Assembly (NCBI RefSeq): GCF_018350175.1
Contig: NC_058383.1
Location: 2,666,001-2,730,000 of the forward strand
Length of the DNA: 64,000 bases
Direction of reading: 5' to 3'
Source: Felis catus
Taxonomy: Eukaryota
Of the stretch, positions 1-12,090 are shown piece by piece (within the stretch, counting starts at the first letter, position 1; each line of letters starts with the position of its first letter). Below the pieces are notes generated by a model. It did not search any database and was not told where the DNA came from. It saw nothing but the letters and a program-made list of their open reading frames with translations. The position numbers and the translations under genes were made by a program.

Positions 1-458
1 AGCATGCTGAGCAAAACAAGCCACAGAAAGACAAACACCGTGTGCTATCACAGCTATGTGGCATCTGCAAAAGCCGGACCCGTGAACCTGAAGATCGGTG
101 GTTACCACGGGCTGGGAGGGGGGGGGGGGGTTGGGAGGAACGGACAGAACTGATCAAAGGGGACGGATGTTCAGCTATAAGATGAAGAAATTCTGGAACC
201 TAACGTGGAGCATGGCGACCGTAGCTAATGTCGCGTAGCTGTGTCGCGCATGTGAGCTCTGCTAAGGGAGTGGATCTTATGTGATCTCACCACACACACA
301 AAATGGAAACCGTGTGGGCCGACAGCTGTGTTCAGCTGATTGGGCAACCCTTTCACAATGTGTACGTTAAATCAACGCACTGCACGGCTTACGAAAATCA
401 GGTCGGACAACCTAACGTGTACAGATTTTGGCATCACACCCCGACACACCTGGAAAAG
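1..458 (+). mobile_element. Old L1 3' end (L1MA9/L1MB-like), strongly diverged
   Basis: Order of recognisable L1 3' motifs: ctgagcaaaacaagccacagaaagacaaa, gtggttaccacgggctggg, gtggatcttatgtgatctcaccacacacaca, cctttcacaatgtgtac; subfamily from recall. Confidence 0.75.
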
Positions 459-710
459 AACAGTTCAGGGGGGCTGGAACAGAAACGCTCCGGGAGAGGG
501 TCAGAGACAGGGCGGGAAGGCCCCGCGAGGCGCCATCCGAGCCGCATGGTTCCTGCTGCCGGCTGCTCAGTGCACGGACCGGGGCAGACCAGGAGCCCCC
601 ACGGTGAGGTGAGACAGCCCCGGCTTCATACGTCCCTCCTGCAGCAGCCCTCCACGAGATCTGAAATGTTGGCCCAGCCCCTCTTGTTACAGCAGGGAAA
701 AAGCTCTCTT

Positions 711-936
711 TTTTTTTTTTTTTTAATTTTTTTCAACATTTATTTATTTTTGGGACAGAGAGAGACAGAACATGAACGGGGGAGGGGCAGAGAGAGAGGG
801 AGACACAGAATCGGAAACAGGCTCCAGGCTCCGAGCCATCAGCCCAGAGCCCGACGTGGGGCTCGAACTCACGGACTGCGAGATCGTGACCTGGCCGAAG
901 TCGGACGCTTAACCGACTGCGCCACCCAGGCGCCCC
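711..936 (-). mobile_element. Felid CAN-SINE, young subfamily
   Basis: Full tRNA-like head, (CT)n region and A tail; TSD gggaaaa(a)gctctctt at 695-710 and 937-951. Confidence 0.97.
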
Positions 937-1151
937 GGGAAAAGCTCTCTTAAGCCCCTCTGCTCTAAGGCAGGGATAGTAAATACTTTCTTTCCCTCCA
1001 GCAGCCATGACAGACATCATTAAGTAAGTGACAGGCTTTGCATCGGAGGCCAGATTGAACCTCAGAGGCCTTCTCAACACAGAGCCTCAGGCGGCTGCCG
1101 TCCGTGAGTCCAGACTGGCATGCATGTCCAATTATGTGTCGTTTCTATTTT

Positions 1152-1368
1152 TTTGTTTTAAGTCCATTTATTTTGAAAGAGGGAGAGAGCATGTGGGCAT
1201 ATACGAGCGGGGGAAGGGCAGAGAGCGAGGGAGAGAGAGAATCTCAAGCAGGCTCTGCACCGTCAGCACAGAGCCCGACGTGGGGCTCGAACCCACAGAC
1301 TGTGAGATCACGACCGGAGCTGAAATCAAGAGTCGGATGCTTAACTGACTGAGCCACCCAGGTGCCAC
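1152..1368 (-). mobile_element. CAN-SINE, older subfamily
   Basis: SINE body; TSD gtgtc(g/a)tttctatttt at 1136-1151 and 1369-1384. Confidence 0.95.
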
Positions 1369-2832
1369 GTGTCATTTCTATTTTAAGGGGTTAAGGATGT
1401 TCTCTTTCTGGAAATATTTTCATCTAAAGAAGGAGAAGGAGGAGGGAGAGGATGAGGAGGGGAGGGTACTGTCCTGTGTGGGAAACTGAGGATACTTTCT
1501 CACTTTCCTGCCTCTGTTGTCACCAAAATTGGTTCACCTGCAGGCCAAGGTGAACACCACAGAGCAGACCGGAGACCTTCCCATGGAAAGTTCTTCCCAC
1601 GTGACCTCCCTTTGTGTCCGTCACATGCCCACCACCGTGTGGGCAGAATAGATGCTCAGGAAATGTGTATTGATCACATCTAAGTTGCAACATTATCTAC
1701 CACCCTGAAGGGAGCCGAGTGGCAATGAAATTCACCCTGAAATGCATTACCGAGAAAGCGATGTCAAAGGCTGGCCCAGACCAGCCTACGAGGGGGCACG
1801 TAGATCCCAATTCGTGCGGCCCCTTGGTCCCATGGGGACTCACTCTCGGTCACAGGCTCTCCCACATTAGCTCTGAGGGGACAGTCACGGTCGTTTTCAC
1901 TGCTCTGCCTTCTGATACCGGGCCGAACGCAGGGAAAGCTCTCTATCAACACAGGCGTGTGAGCACAGGCAACACGGCCAGCACAGGAAGGTGTGTGCCC
2001 CACCAGCAGGCGAGGCACAGGCAGTGCCGGGCGGGGTCTCATTCCCCTGCTGCCAGGTGCCCAGGGTCTGGGCTGCGGGGCTCGGGCGGGGGCCAGAGGG
2101 CACGTCGGACGAGCAGTGGGAGGCCTGGCCGTGGGGCAGGAGGTCACTTCCCAGAGACGCCTTTGCAGAGCTGTGTTTTGCACAGTCCCATCGCTAACTG
2201 TGCCCAGACAGCCACCACCCAGAGAACTTGACTTTCTCGGTCGACGACCTCTTTCTTGGGCTGTTAGGACCAGCTCCCAGTGCCGGGGCCAAACCCTCAT
2301 GGTCTCATTTGATGAGAAGCTTCTGGCACCGTCGCTGGCCTACACCAGCTCGGGTGATCTCTGCTCCCCTCTCTGTCTTGAGCCTGCGGAGATGAAGTCA
2401 GAGGCTCCAAATGTTTCACTGGCCCAGGGCGGGAAGGTGGATCGTGGAAACTCTAGGTCCCGGACACCAGCCCTGCTGCAGCCGATCTGACAGCAGAATG
2501 GAGGCTCTTCCTGGGGGTGCAGAGAGTGAGTCTGGGGGTCCTCAACTAGGAGACAGACAGCAGGGCCGAGGGTGTGGGGAGCTGAGGATCAGCTAGGAGA
2601 CGGCAGGGCCGAGGGTGCGGGGAGCTCGACACTCTGTACCTGGGCTCAACAGTCACTGAAGGCCTCCATCGTGGGTGCCGAGAGCAGGCGAGCGAGCGAC
2701 CTTCTGCGGGGACCCTGCTCTCGTTGTAACAACCTGGACGGGGAACCTGCTCACGGAGCCCTTCTGCCTCGGTTGCAAGGCTTTACCTGACTGCCCGAGG
2801 AGCAGTGGGGGCTGGAAATGTCGCCTGCTCGT

Positions 2833-3048
2833 TTCTTTTCTCTTTTTCTCTTGTTTATTTTTTCTGAGAGAGAGAGAGAGAGATTGAGTGGGGGAGGGCA
2901 GAGAGAGAGGGAGACACAGAATCGGAAGCAGGCTCCAGGTTCTGAGCCGTCAGCCCAGAGCCTGACGCGGGACTTAAACTTGTGAGCTGTGAGATCATGA
3001 CCCGAACCAAGGTCAGACGCCCAACTGGCTGAGCCACCCAGGTGCCCC
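2833..3048 (-). mobile_element. Felid CAN-SINE
   Basis: gagccacccaggtgcccc end, (GA)n and T-rich tail. Confidence 0.95.
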
Positions 3049-3284
3049 CAAAGCTCTCATTTCTGACCACAGTGCAGAGAAGGGACTGGAGGGGGGGGGT
3101 TATGGTTGCGGTTGTGGGGAGACTTTGTTGCCAGTTCTCACCACCCCACCTACTGGGCTCTAAGTCTCCTGTTCTCAGCCTGGCGTGACCTCTGACCTTT
3201 CCCCTTGTGTGTCTTAAAGCAGCTCTGACCTCCACCTCTGACCCTAGGGGCCGGCCAAGCAAGACATTTCTGGAAGCAGAACCC

Positions 3285-3545
3285 TGGTTGATCGTTGGCA
3301 AAATCGTACCCATGCTTATTTGCAATGAGCCTTCGTGACTTTGAGGGCCTTCCCCTCCACAGGTGGGATCCATTTCCCCGCCCCCGATCCCCAGACTTGC
3401 GACGGTCAATACGACTCAGCGGCAGCGACACCACGCGGACTCTGAGCTGAGGCCCCACGAGGTTCTGCGAGCCTCCGCTCTCTCTTTGGAATCCTGCGGC
3501 CACCACGTGAACAAGCCTGTACTGACCTGGTGGATACTGGGAGAC
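3285..3545 (+). mobile_element. MaLR LTR remnant (MLT1F/G/H-like)
   Basis: cttcccctccacaggtgggatccatttcccc ... ctctttggaatcctgcggccaccacgtgaacaagcc match MLT1 motifs. Confidence 0.65.
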
Positions 3546-5895
3546 TTCGCCTCCTGTATCAGTGATCGCTTGCCGCCTAACAAATTCCTCCAAAACAAAT
3601 TCCTCCCTTTGTCTGACCCCGTTGTGTTTGGTGCACCTTATCGTGTGCCTGGCACGGCCCGGCATCGACTCCGGTCTTGGTGGCTCCCTCGGTTCCCTGA
3701 GAGACCTTCCTTACCAACCAATCCACCTCCCCTTGCCCTGTGCTGACACAAGTTCTGTGCATTGTTTCCAGGGCCACGTCCCCTGGCCCGCCCGGAATCA
3801 TGCCTTCCATTCAGCAAGATCTTCAGGAACGACGGCTTTGAGGCTGCTCTCCGTATCACGCAGGCGTGACCTTATAAAACCTTTGAGATCTCAGGAAATA
3901 CGCGGATGGTAGGAAACCATGCAGAGGGATCCTATACGCCATTCACTTACTTCCCCCCCGCTCCGACGGTACAAACTTGTAAACTGTATGACGATATCAC
4001 AACAGGAACGTCACACTGATGTGATCCATCCACGTTCTTCATATTTCACTGGTTTCACACACATCCATTCGCACGCGTGTACACGTGCGTATTTGGTTCT
4101 ATACGACGGTGTGACGTGCGGATTCTGCGACCACTGCCAACCCCAGGCAACACGCAACGGTTCCACCAAAACCTGTGCTGCCTCTTTGTATCCGGAACCA
4201 CCTCTCCTTCCCACCTCCCATCCCCCGGGGAACCTCTGGCAACAACCGGCCTGTTCCCCATCTCTAATTTTATCATTTCGAGACGGTTACATAAATGGAA
4301 TCATGTGCTATGTAATCTCTGGAGGTTTGGCTCTTATCGCTCAGCATAATTCCCTTGAGATCCATCCAAGCGATCGTATGTATTGATAACCTGTTCTTTT
4401 TTATTGCTGCGTACTATTCCATGGTGTGAACATACTACCATTTGCTTCAAGAGTCATCCTTTGAAGGACATTTGGGTTGTTTCCAACTTGGAGCTATTAT
4501 GAATAAAGCTGCTATGAACACTGCTGTGTAGACTGCAGTGTAAACATAAGTTGTAATTTCTCCGGGATAAATTCCCCGGGAGTACGACTGCTGGGTCAAA
4601 TGGTAAGCTCGTGTGCAGCTTTATAAGAAATCGCCACGCTCTTTTCCGGGATGGTTGTGCTATTTTACATCCCCACCAGCACTGTGTGAGTGCCTTGGTT
4701 TTCCACATCCTCCCCAGCACTGGGTGCTATCACCGGGTTTTGTTTGAGCCATCTGACAGGTGTGTGGTGATAGGTCACTGTGACTTAAGTTTGGGTTTCC
4801 CTACTGGCCAGGGATGTTAAATATCTTTTCATGTTCTTGTTTGCCTCGTGTGTGTCCTCTTTGGTGAAAGGTTTGTTCATGCCTTTTGCCAGTTTTCCAG
4901 CTGGATTGGTTGTTTGCTTTTTTTTTAAACTGTTGAGTTTTGAGTGCCCTTTATTTTTCCAGATATGAGTCCTTTGTCAGATGTGTGGTTTGCAAATATT
5001 TTCTCCCAGTCCATATCTGGTCTTTTTATCCTCTTAACAGGATCTTTCACAGAGTAAAGTTTTGAATTTTGACGAGGTCCAATAACCAACTTTTCCTTCT
5101 ATGAAACACTTTTCCTTCTGTTTAAAGGTGCTTGCCATAAACTCGTTGTCTAGCCCTAGATCCCAAAGATGTTCTTTTTTTTTCCTAAAAATTGTATCTT
5201 TTTACATTGGAGTGCATGATTCATTTTGAGTTACTTTTTAAATAAAATGTGACGTGTAATGAGTAGAGACTCATCTGTTGTTGGTGCTGTCACTTACACA
5301 TGTGCATTTGTCCCAACACGCCTCCTCCTCCGGCAAATCGCTTTCCTTCTTTTTCTAAAATCAATCAGGCAATTGTGTGAGTCTTTCTCTGGGTTCTCTA
5401 TTCTGTTTTAATGATCTGTGGGCTGATTCCCTCTTCCCAAACTACACCTTTGTGATTACTGTAACTATATAGTAAGCATCAATATTGAATAGAGAAATTT
5501 CTCCCAACTTAGTGTTTTTCAAGAACATTTTAAGCTATTCTAGATCCTATCCTTTTCCGGAAAAACGTTAGAATAAGCTTGTTTAGGAAAAATCTTGCTG
5601 GGATTTTGAAAGTAATTGCATTGAACGTATAGATCAATTCTGGGAGAACTGGCATCTTTTACTGTGTCGAATCTTCCAGTCGGCGGGCTTGATATGTTTT
5701 TGCATTTATTTGGGACTTTTTCCATTTATTTTGTTAGTTTTTTAATAACATGCAAGATACAGATCCCATATGTGTTTTGTTAGAATTGTACCAAAGTGGC
5801 TCATTTGCCTTAGAACCACTGTGTTTTACATTTCACTTTTCACACATTCCTTGTAAGTACATTGAAATGTGATTGCTTTGGTGGGAGTTGCTGGG

Positions 5896-6053
5896 TTTTG
5901 TTTTTTGTTTTTAAATTTTTTTAGGTTTACGAAGCAGGCTCCAGGCTCTGAGCTGTCAGCACAGAGCCGGACGTGGGGCTCGAACCCATGAACCGTGAGA
6001 TCACGACCTGAGCCGAATCGGTCGCTCAACCGACTGAGCCACCCAGGTGCCCC
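5896..6053 (-). mobile_element. CAN-SINE lacking the (CT)n segment
   Basis: Tail joined directly to gaagcaggctcc; TSD tgggagttgctg on both sides. Confidence 0.9.
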
Positions 6054-6732
6054 ATGGGAGTTGCTGTTTTATCATGTGACATCACTGGACTCCCTCATTT
6101 GTTCTGGAAGTTTTGGGGAGACTTCTTAGAATTTTCTACAGATGACAATCATGTCATCTGTAAGGAGTTTTATGCCTTCTTTTCCAAGCTGTATGTCTTT
6201 TATTTCCTATTTTTGCCTTATTGTACTGGCTAAAACCTCCAGGCACAAAAGACATTCTTCTTTTTTTCTCCAGTCCTATGGAGAGAGCATTTAGTAGTGT
6301 TTCGCCATCAAGTACAAGGTTAGCTGAAGGTTTTTGGTAGATGCTCTTTGTCAAATGGAGGAAGTGTCCCTCTAGCCCGAATTTTCTGAGAGTTTTTATA
6401 ACGAATGGGTGTTGGATTTTGCCCAAAGTGCTGTGGCGGGTTTTTTTTTTTTTTTTGCATAAACGGATAAACTCATATGATTTTTCTTCCTTAGCCTGTT
6501 ACCTTAGTTTTTGAATATTGACCCAGTCTTGTAAATCCCATTTGCTCATGGTGTATAATTTGTTAAAATACATTTATTGGATCCAATTTGCCAAAATTTT
6601 TGTTGAGGAATTTGGCATCTAAATTCATGAGAGATATTGGCTTATATACTTTTTTCTTTCTTTTCATTATCTTTTTCTGGTTTGGGCATCAAGGTAAACT
6701 TAGCCTCCTAAAATGAGCTGGAAGTATTACTT

Positions 6733-6981
6733 TCTTTTTTAAACAATTTCCATTAATTTTTTTTTTAATGTTTATGTATTTTTGAGAGAGACAGAGAGAG
6801 AGACAGAGACAGAGCATGAGCAGGGGAGGGGCAGAGAGAGAGGGAGACCCAGAATCCAAAGCAGGCTCCAGGCTCCGAGCTGTCAGCACAGAGCCCGATG
6901 CGGGGCTCGAACTCACAAACCGTGCGATCATGACCTGAGCCGAAGTCGGACGCTCAAGCGACTGAGCCATCCAGGCGCCCC
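6733..6981 (-). mobile_element. Felid CAN-SINE with extended tail
   Basis: Full body; degenerate TSD gaagtattactt / aaagtgttactt. Confidence 0.93.
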
Positions 6982-7484
6982 AAAGTGTTACTTGGTTTTC
7001 TATTCTGTGGGACACATTGTGTAAAATTATTGGTTACTGTAGGGATTCCAATATACGTACACAATTTATTATAGTTTACTGGTATTGATACTTACCACTT
7101 GAGTCAAGTGTAAGAAAACCTTACTTCCACTTAGGTCTTGTCAACCTCGCCATTAATATACAGGTATTGTGCCCATGTGTGTGCACACACACATACACAC
7201 ACAAACAATGTACTGGTCCTTTTTTTCTTCTCCTTTTTGAACTCAGAAGACATACATATTAATTCTTTTCTTACTGTGTCAAGCTCGCCGAGATTCTGGG
7301 GTGTTTTTTTCTCAGCTTATTTTCTCTCTGTTAGAGAGAATGGGAAATCCTAGTGATGTGAACTCAAATTTGCTGATTCTTTCCTCTGTCATCTCCACTC
7401 TCCTTCTGAGCCCATCCAGTGAGGGTTATTTGGCCTTTATCCCGGTAAGTGTGTTTTTCAGTTTTTAAGTTTCCATTTGGTTCC

Positions 7485-7701
7485 TTTTTTTTTTTTTAAA
7501 TGTTTATTTATTTTTGAGAGAGACAGAGACAGAGAGAGTGAGCAGGGCAGGGGCAGAGAGAGGGAGACACAAAATCTGAAGCAGGCTCCAGGCTCCGAGG
7601 TGTCAGCACAGAGCCCGATGCGGGGCCTGAACTCAAAGACCGCGAGATCATGACCTGAGCCAAAGTCGGACGCTTAACCGACTGAGCCACCCAGGTGCCC
7701 C
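7485..7701 (-). mobile_element. Felid CAN-SINE
   Basis: Full body; TSD catttggttcctttt / cagttggctcctttt. Confidence 0.95.
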
Positions 7702-7838
7702 CAGTTGGCTCCTTTTTTTTTTTAATATAACTTCAGTTTCTTTACCAGGAGTTTCTACCTTTCATCTGTTTCCAGAGAATTCCTAGTTGCTCTTTGAAGC
7801 ATTTTTACGATGGCTGCTTTTAAATTTGTGATAATTCC

Positions 7839-8055
7839 GGGGCGCCTGGGTGGCTCAGTCAGTTAAGCGGCCGACTTCGGCTCAGGTCATGATCTCGCGG
7901 TCCGTGAGTTCGAGCCCCGCGTCGGGCTCTGTGCTGGCAGCTCAGAGCCTGGAGCCTGTTTCAGATTCTGTGTCTCCCTCTCTCTGACCCTCCCCCATTC
8001 ATGCTCTGTCTCTCTCTGTCTCAAAAATAAATAAACATTAAAAAAAAAATTAAAA

Positions 8056-8095
<40 letters not shown>
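7839..8095 (+). mobile_element. Felid CAN-SINE with (TAAA)n tail
   Basis: ggggcgcctgggtggctcagtc head; TSD taaatt(t/c)gtgataattcc at 7821-7838 and 8096-8113. Confidence 0.97.
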
Positions 8096-8098
<3 letters not shown>

Positions 8099-8823
8099 AT
8101 TCGTGATAATTCCAACCTCTGATTGTCTGTATTGGCGACCTGCTGCTTCTCTTTTTTCAACCATGTTGTGCTTTTCTTGGTTCTTGATAGAGGAGTGATT
8201 TTCTATTCTATCCTGGATATTTGGGGTATTATATGGCGGGGCTCTGGATCCTATTCCGTTTTTCTTCTTGGGCAGGACATCTCTCTGCTGAGCTGGAGCG
8301 TGAGGGCTGGACGGGTTGTGTGTTCAGCTTCCCTCTGAACCCCACTGACACCATCCTGGCAAAAGTGAGGGGGGTGCTGACTCCACCTCCCTGCTGTTGG
8401 GTGGGTGCCAGTTAGCTTTCTCCCTGGCTCCGCGGACACCTTCCCAGTGAAACGGGAGAAACACCTTGCACCGCGCTGTCGTCTCCGAGCTCCCTCGCCA
8501 GGCTTCACAGACACGGGGATGGACACGTGGAGAGTTGATTCCCGCTGCTCTCGCATCGCTGGGCGGGGAGCGGAAGCCCCATCTACGCCAGGGCTGGGGA
8601 GGGGGGTGGGCCTTCCTGTGCTTCTTTGTGGCGTCACATCCGGGGATTTTTTAGTTGCAAGAGGAAGACCTGGGAGGAATGGGGAGACCCTATCTTGTCC
8701 GGAGCCAGAAGTTCAGGTATGGCACGACCTTTCTCTGTCCCCCCTCTGTTTCTTTATCTGTAAAGTGGGCATAACAATACCTACACCACCTGCACTACAG
8801 GATGGCTTTAAGAATTGACTAAG

Positions 8824-9038
8824 GGGGCGCCTGGGTGGCTCAGTCGGTTGAGCGTCCGACTTCGGCTCAGGTCACGATCTCGCGGTCCGTGAGTTCGAGC
8901 CCCGCGTCAGGCTCTGTGCTGACAGCTCAGAGCCTGGGGCCTGCTTCGCATTCTGTGTCTCCCTCTCTCTCTGCCCCTTCCCTGCTCATGCTGTGTCTCT
9001 CTCTGTCTCAAAAGTAAATAAACATTAAAAAAAAAAAA
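8824..9038 (+). mobile_element. Felid CAN-SINE inserted into a MIR remnant
   Basis: Perfect TSD aagaattgactaag at 8810-8823 and 9039-9052; MIR core ctgtttctttatctgtaaagtggg just upstream. Confidence 0.97.
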
Positions 9039-10414
9039 AAGAATTGACTAAGATGTTTACGCCTAGGAAAATACAACGCTGCTAGGAAAACCCTGTGCTA
9101 ATGGAGACTTGGGTTGTAATGATGGTTGCTTCTGAAAGTGGGGTCTGGCAAAACATAGCTTGAGAAGAGACAGGGTAAGTGGTCGTCTCCTCCCTCTTCA
9201 CCTATCGCTTTCATGTCGGTGGAAACAAACCGGCAGCCAGAAGCCCGCCTTCTATTGCCTATTCCCTGTTTCTTTTGAGTCCACGGTGACCTTTCTCCTG
9301 ACGAGCAATAACCCTGGAGAAAGCTGGAGGAGAAACGAAGATTAAGGTCATGGCAAGGAGAGAGCAGTAAAGTAGCTTTAAAGAGCCTAATAAACCAGGA
9401 TAATTGAATGTAGTGAGGATCGTGGCCGGGACAAAGAGGGGTGTCTGTAGCACCGTTTCCAGGAAAACAATCATAAAAGGGAAATAATGCTGAACCCTGG
9501 AGGGGAGGAACAGGTCATAAAGGGGTCCCGGAGCAGACAGCGATGGCCGTTCAGAATGGTTAGCAACGGCCCGGCCTTAGTTGGGGGCACGGGACGGACT
9601 CCAGTTGCAATGTTACACTATCATCAGGATGGCCGGGGTCTCGTGTATCACCGGCCCCCATTCCGGGCAGGCAGCGTCTGACCTTCCTGCGTCTCAGTCT
9701 CGGTCCTGCCACCTTGTGTCTGTGTGATCTTGGGTAAGCTTTTTCCGCTTTCTATAAAATGAAGTTGGTAAAGGTGCCAACCCCACCAGGTTGTCTGAGG
9801 ATCAAAGGTGAAACATCTGAGCCGCCCAAAGTAGGCGATCGATGTATAAGGTAGTTCCCTTCCCGACTCCAAGTCCAGCAGCTTGACCGACGCGGCTCCA
9901 GCCATCGGGCACCTCCTCCAGACCTCCACGCTGTGCCATCATTTCCTCCGTGTAGTGGCTCAGTGTCGGGAAGGGCAAGTCACGGTGACCTTGCCCTAAT
10001 CTCCTCTCCAAGATACCGCCCATTCCAGTCTCCTGGTTCCTCTTCCTCTCCTGTCCCAGTGGGTCTCCACTGAGCTTCCCGTGCGGGAGGCTGTGGGGGT
10101 CCAGCCCTCAGGGCTACCCCTGGGGAAGGGGTATTCCTAGACCAGAGTGGGGGCTGGGGCAAACCTAGACCCAGCTTCTTCTCCCACCCCCCAGCCTATG
10201 TCTAGCAGAAGCTGGGTTTAACGGAGACCATGATGCATCACTAAACTGTAACTCACTACGCTCAGAAGGCTATGCTATGTGTGTCCCGTGCACGTTTGAG
10301 GCCCCCACCCAGTGCTGCATTAGACCTGGCTCCTTCCAGCTCAGGAGAGCCAACTGTTAAATTTCAGGAGTTTTGTAAGCTGGTGGTTCAACACAGACAT
10401 TATTAAAAATTAGA

Positions 10415-10633
10415 GGGGCACCTGGATGGCTCAGTCGGTTAAGCATCCGACTTCGGCTCAGGTCATGATCTTGCAGTCCGTGAGTTAGAGCCCCGCGTTG
10501 GGCTCTGTGCTGACAGCTCAGAGCCTGGAGCCTGTTTCAGATTCTGTGTCTCCCTCTCTCTGATCCTCCCCTGTTCATGCTCTGTCTCTCCCTGTCTCAA
10601 AAATAAATAAAACATTAAAAAAAAATTTTTTTT
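10415..10633 (+). mobile_element. Felid CAN-SINE
   Basis: Full body; flanked by aattaga duplication. Confidence 0.95.
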
Positions 10634-10645
10634 AATTAGATTATA

Positions 10646-10868
10646 GGGGCACGTGGATGGCTCAGTCCGTTGAGCATCCAACTCTTGATTTCAGCTCAGG
10701 TCATGACCTCGTGGTTCGTGGGATCGAGCCCCACACTGGGCTCTATGCCGACAGTGCGGATCTTGCTTGGGATTCTCTCTCTCTCTCTCTCTCTCTCCCT
10801 CTCTCTCTGCCCCTTCCCTGGTCGTGTGCTCTGTCTCTCAAGATAAAAACTTTAAGAAAAAGAAAAAA
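10646..10868 (+). mobile_element. CAN-SINE, older subfamily
   Basis: Full body with gcttgggattctctc; TSD tagattata / tagattgta. Confidence 0.95.
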
Positions 10869-11589
10869 AAATAGATTGTAAAAAACTTTAAATTATATTG
10901 CAAACAAAGATAATGAATGAATGATGGAAAGCTGTTCCTTCCTAATTATCGTACCATGATCTCTGCTCTGGGGGGTACTTACGTACACGGTACGTGTAGG
11001 ACATTCTGTAGAACAATGTGGTAGCCTGATGTTGGCCACTGGCCACAGTGGGAGGGTCCACACCAGAGGGATCAGGCAACAGAGCTGATTTACCATGTGG
11101 CTGATTGTTTAGATTTAAGACAGTGATGGAGAAAAGGTCACTGATGTAGGATAAAGTTAAAAGTGTGTTGTGTTACATTATAAATCGCACAAAGAATTAA
11201 AGAAATGTTCTTCCGGGATTAGCCAGCCGTTCTCATACGCAGCAAAGTGGTCACTCAAGGCTTTGGCGGAGGCAGAGTTCCGGCAAACACCGCTGTTGTT
11301 CTCCTTTTGTCTTAACGTGCATGAAAATATCCACCACAACTCGTGACGCAACTCCTCTCCCAGAGCCAGCGGTTAATTGAGCAGCCCGTCCCGTGTCTAG
11401 AATAGCACCTCATGAAAAGGCATGCCCGCTAACTTCTTTCTGGGGACCAAAATCAGAGCAAACGAGCCACGACGGCGGTGTGGGGCCATCTCGCCTGTTT
11501 TGCATTGGGTGGCGGTCCTGCAAATCTTGGGTGCTGTCTCCGTTCCCGTTCTCGCTCTGGGCCCCTTTGAACCTTGTTCCACTGTGCTC

Positions 11590-11725
11590 TGTCCCAGGGC
11601 TCCTTAAGCTGTGACATGCACGTGAACCACCTGCGGGTCTCGTGCAGGTTCTGAGGGCATCCCAGCAAGCCCCCGAGTGAGGACGGTGTGGGTCATAGAC
11701 CCCGCTTTCAGCAGCGAGGTTCTAG
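11590..11725. mobile_element. MER5-like hAT remnant
   Basis: aagctgtgacatgcacgtgaaccacctg...gaccccgctttcagcagcgaggttctag. Confidence 0.5.
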
Positions 11726-11769
11726 CCAAACAGCCTGCTTCTAACATGTGAGGGGCGGGCCATCAGGCT

Positions 11770-12090
11770 GTCTTTGAACTTGTCATGTCCTTTCCCTGCA
11801 GTGCCGGTCCCCCCCTCCCCCCACCTCCGATCCTCACATGACCGGCTTCTGTGCATTTTCAGGTCTCTGCTCAATGCCCCTCTGCCCAAAGAAAGCCCTT
11901 CCCTGGGTGCTCTGTCTACCATAGCACCCCACCTCGGTTCTCTGCCCAACGACAGCTGATATTTTCTACTTAGTGATTATCAGCGCTCCTCCCCACCGCC
12001 ACCCCCATACGAGAACGGAAACCCCGAAGGAGCTCTCCTGTCCACCCTGGTGACTTCGTGACAGGAGGGGCTCAACCAGTACTTGTGGGG
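11770..12090 (+). mobile_element. L2 remnant
   Basis: ttcaggtctctgctcaatgcccctctgcccaaagaaagcccttccctg core motif. Confidence 0.6.

Larger units (their letters stand above)
3880..8280 (-). mobile_element. Degraded old L1 (L1MC/L1MD-like 3' UTR plus ORF2 remnants), interrupted by four SINEs
   Basis: Antisense L1 motifs: ggacatttgggttgtttcca, gaataaagctgctatgaaca, tttgcaaatattttctcccagtc, ttttggtagatgctctttgtcaa; ORF 6154-6426(-) resembles ORF2 (KIQHPFVIKTL...). Confidence 0.85.
10310..11392 (+). mobile_element. MER63-like hAT (Blackjack) DNA transposon, split by two SINEs
   Basis: cagtgctg...gagccaactgttaaatttcaggagttttgtaagctggtggttcaacacagacattattaaaaatt start and gagccagcggttaa end resemble MER63. 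Confidence 0.75.

Noticed and set aside
303..1080. 216-aa and 115-aa ORFs
   Set aside because: Chance read-through of an L1 fossil, GC-rich DNA and a SINE; the same SINE peptides (MAQSVERPTSAQV...) recur at many SINEs
1719..2490. Overlapping 165-178-aa ORFs in GC-rich DNA
   Set aside because: Open on both strands, as expected from stop-codon scarcity; no recognisable protein
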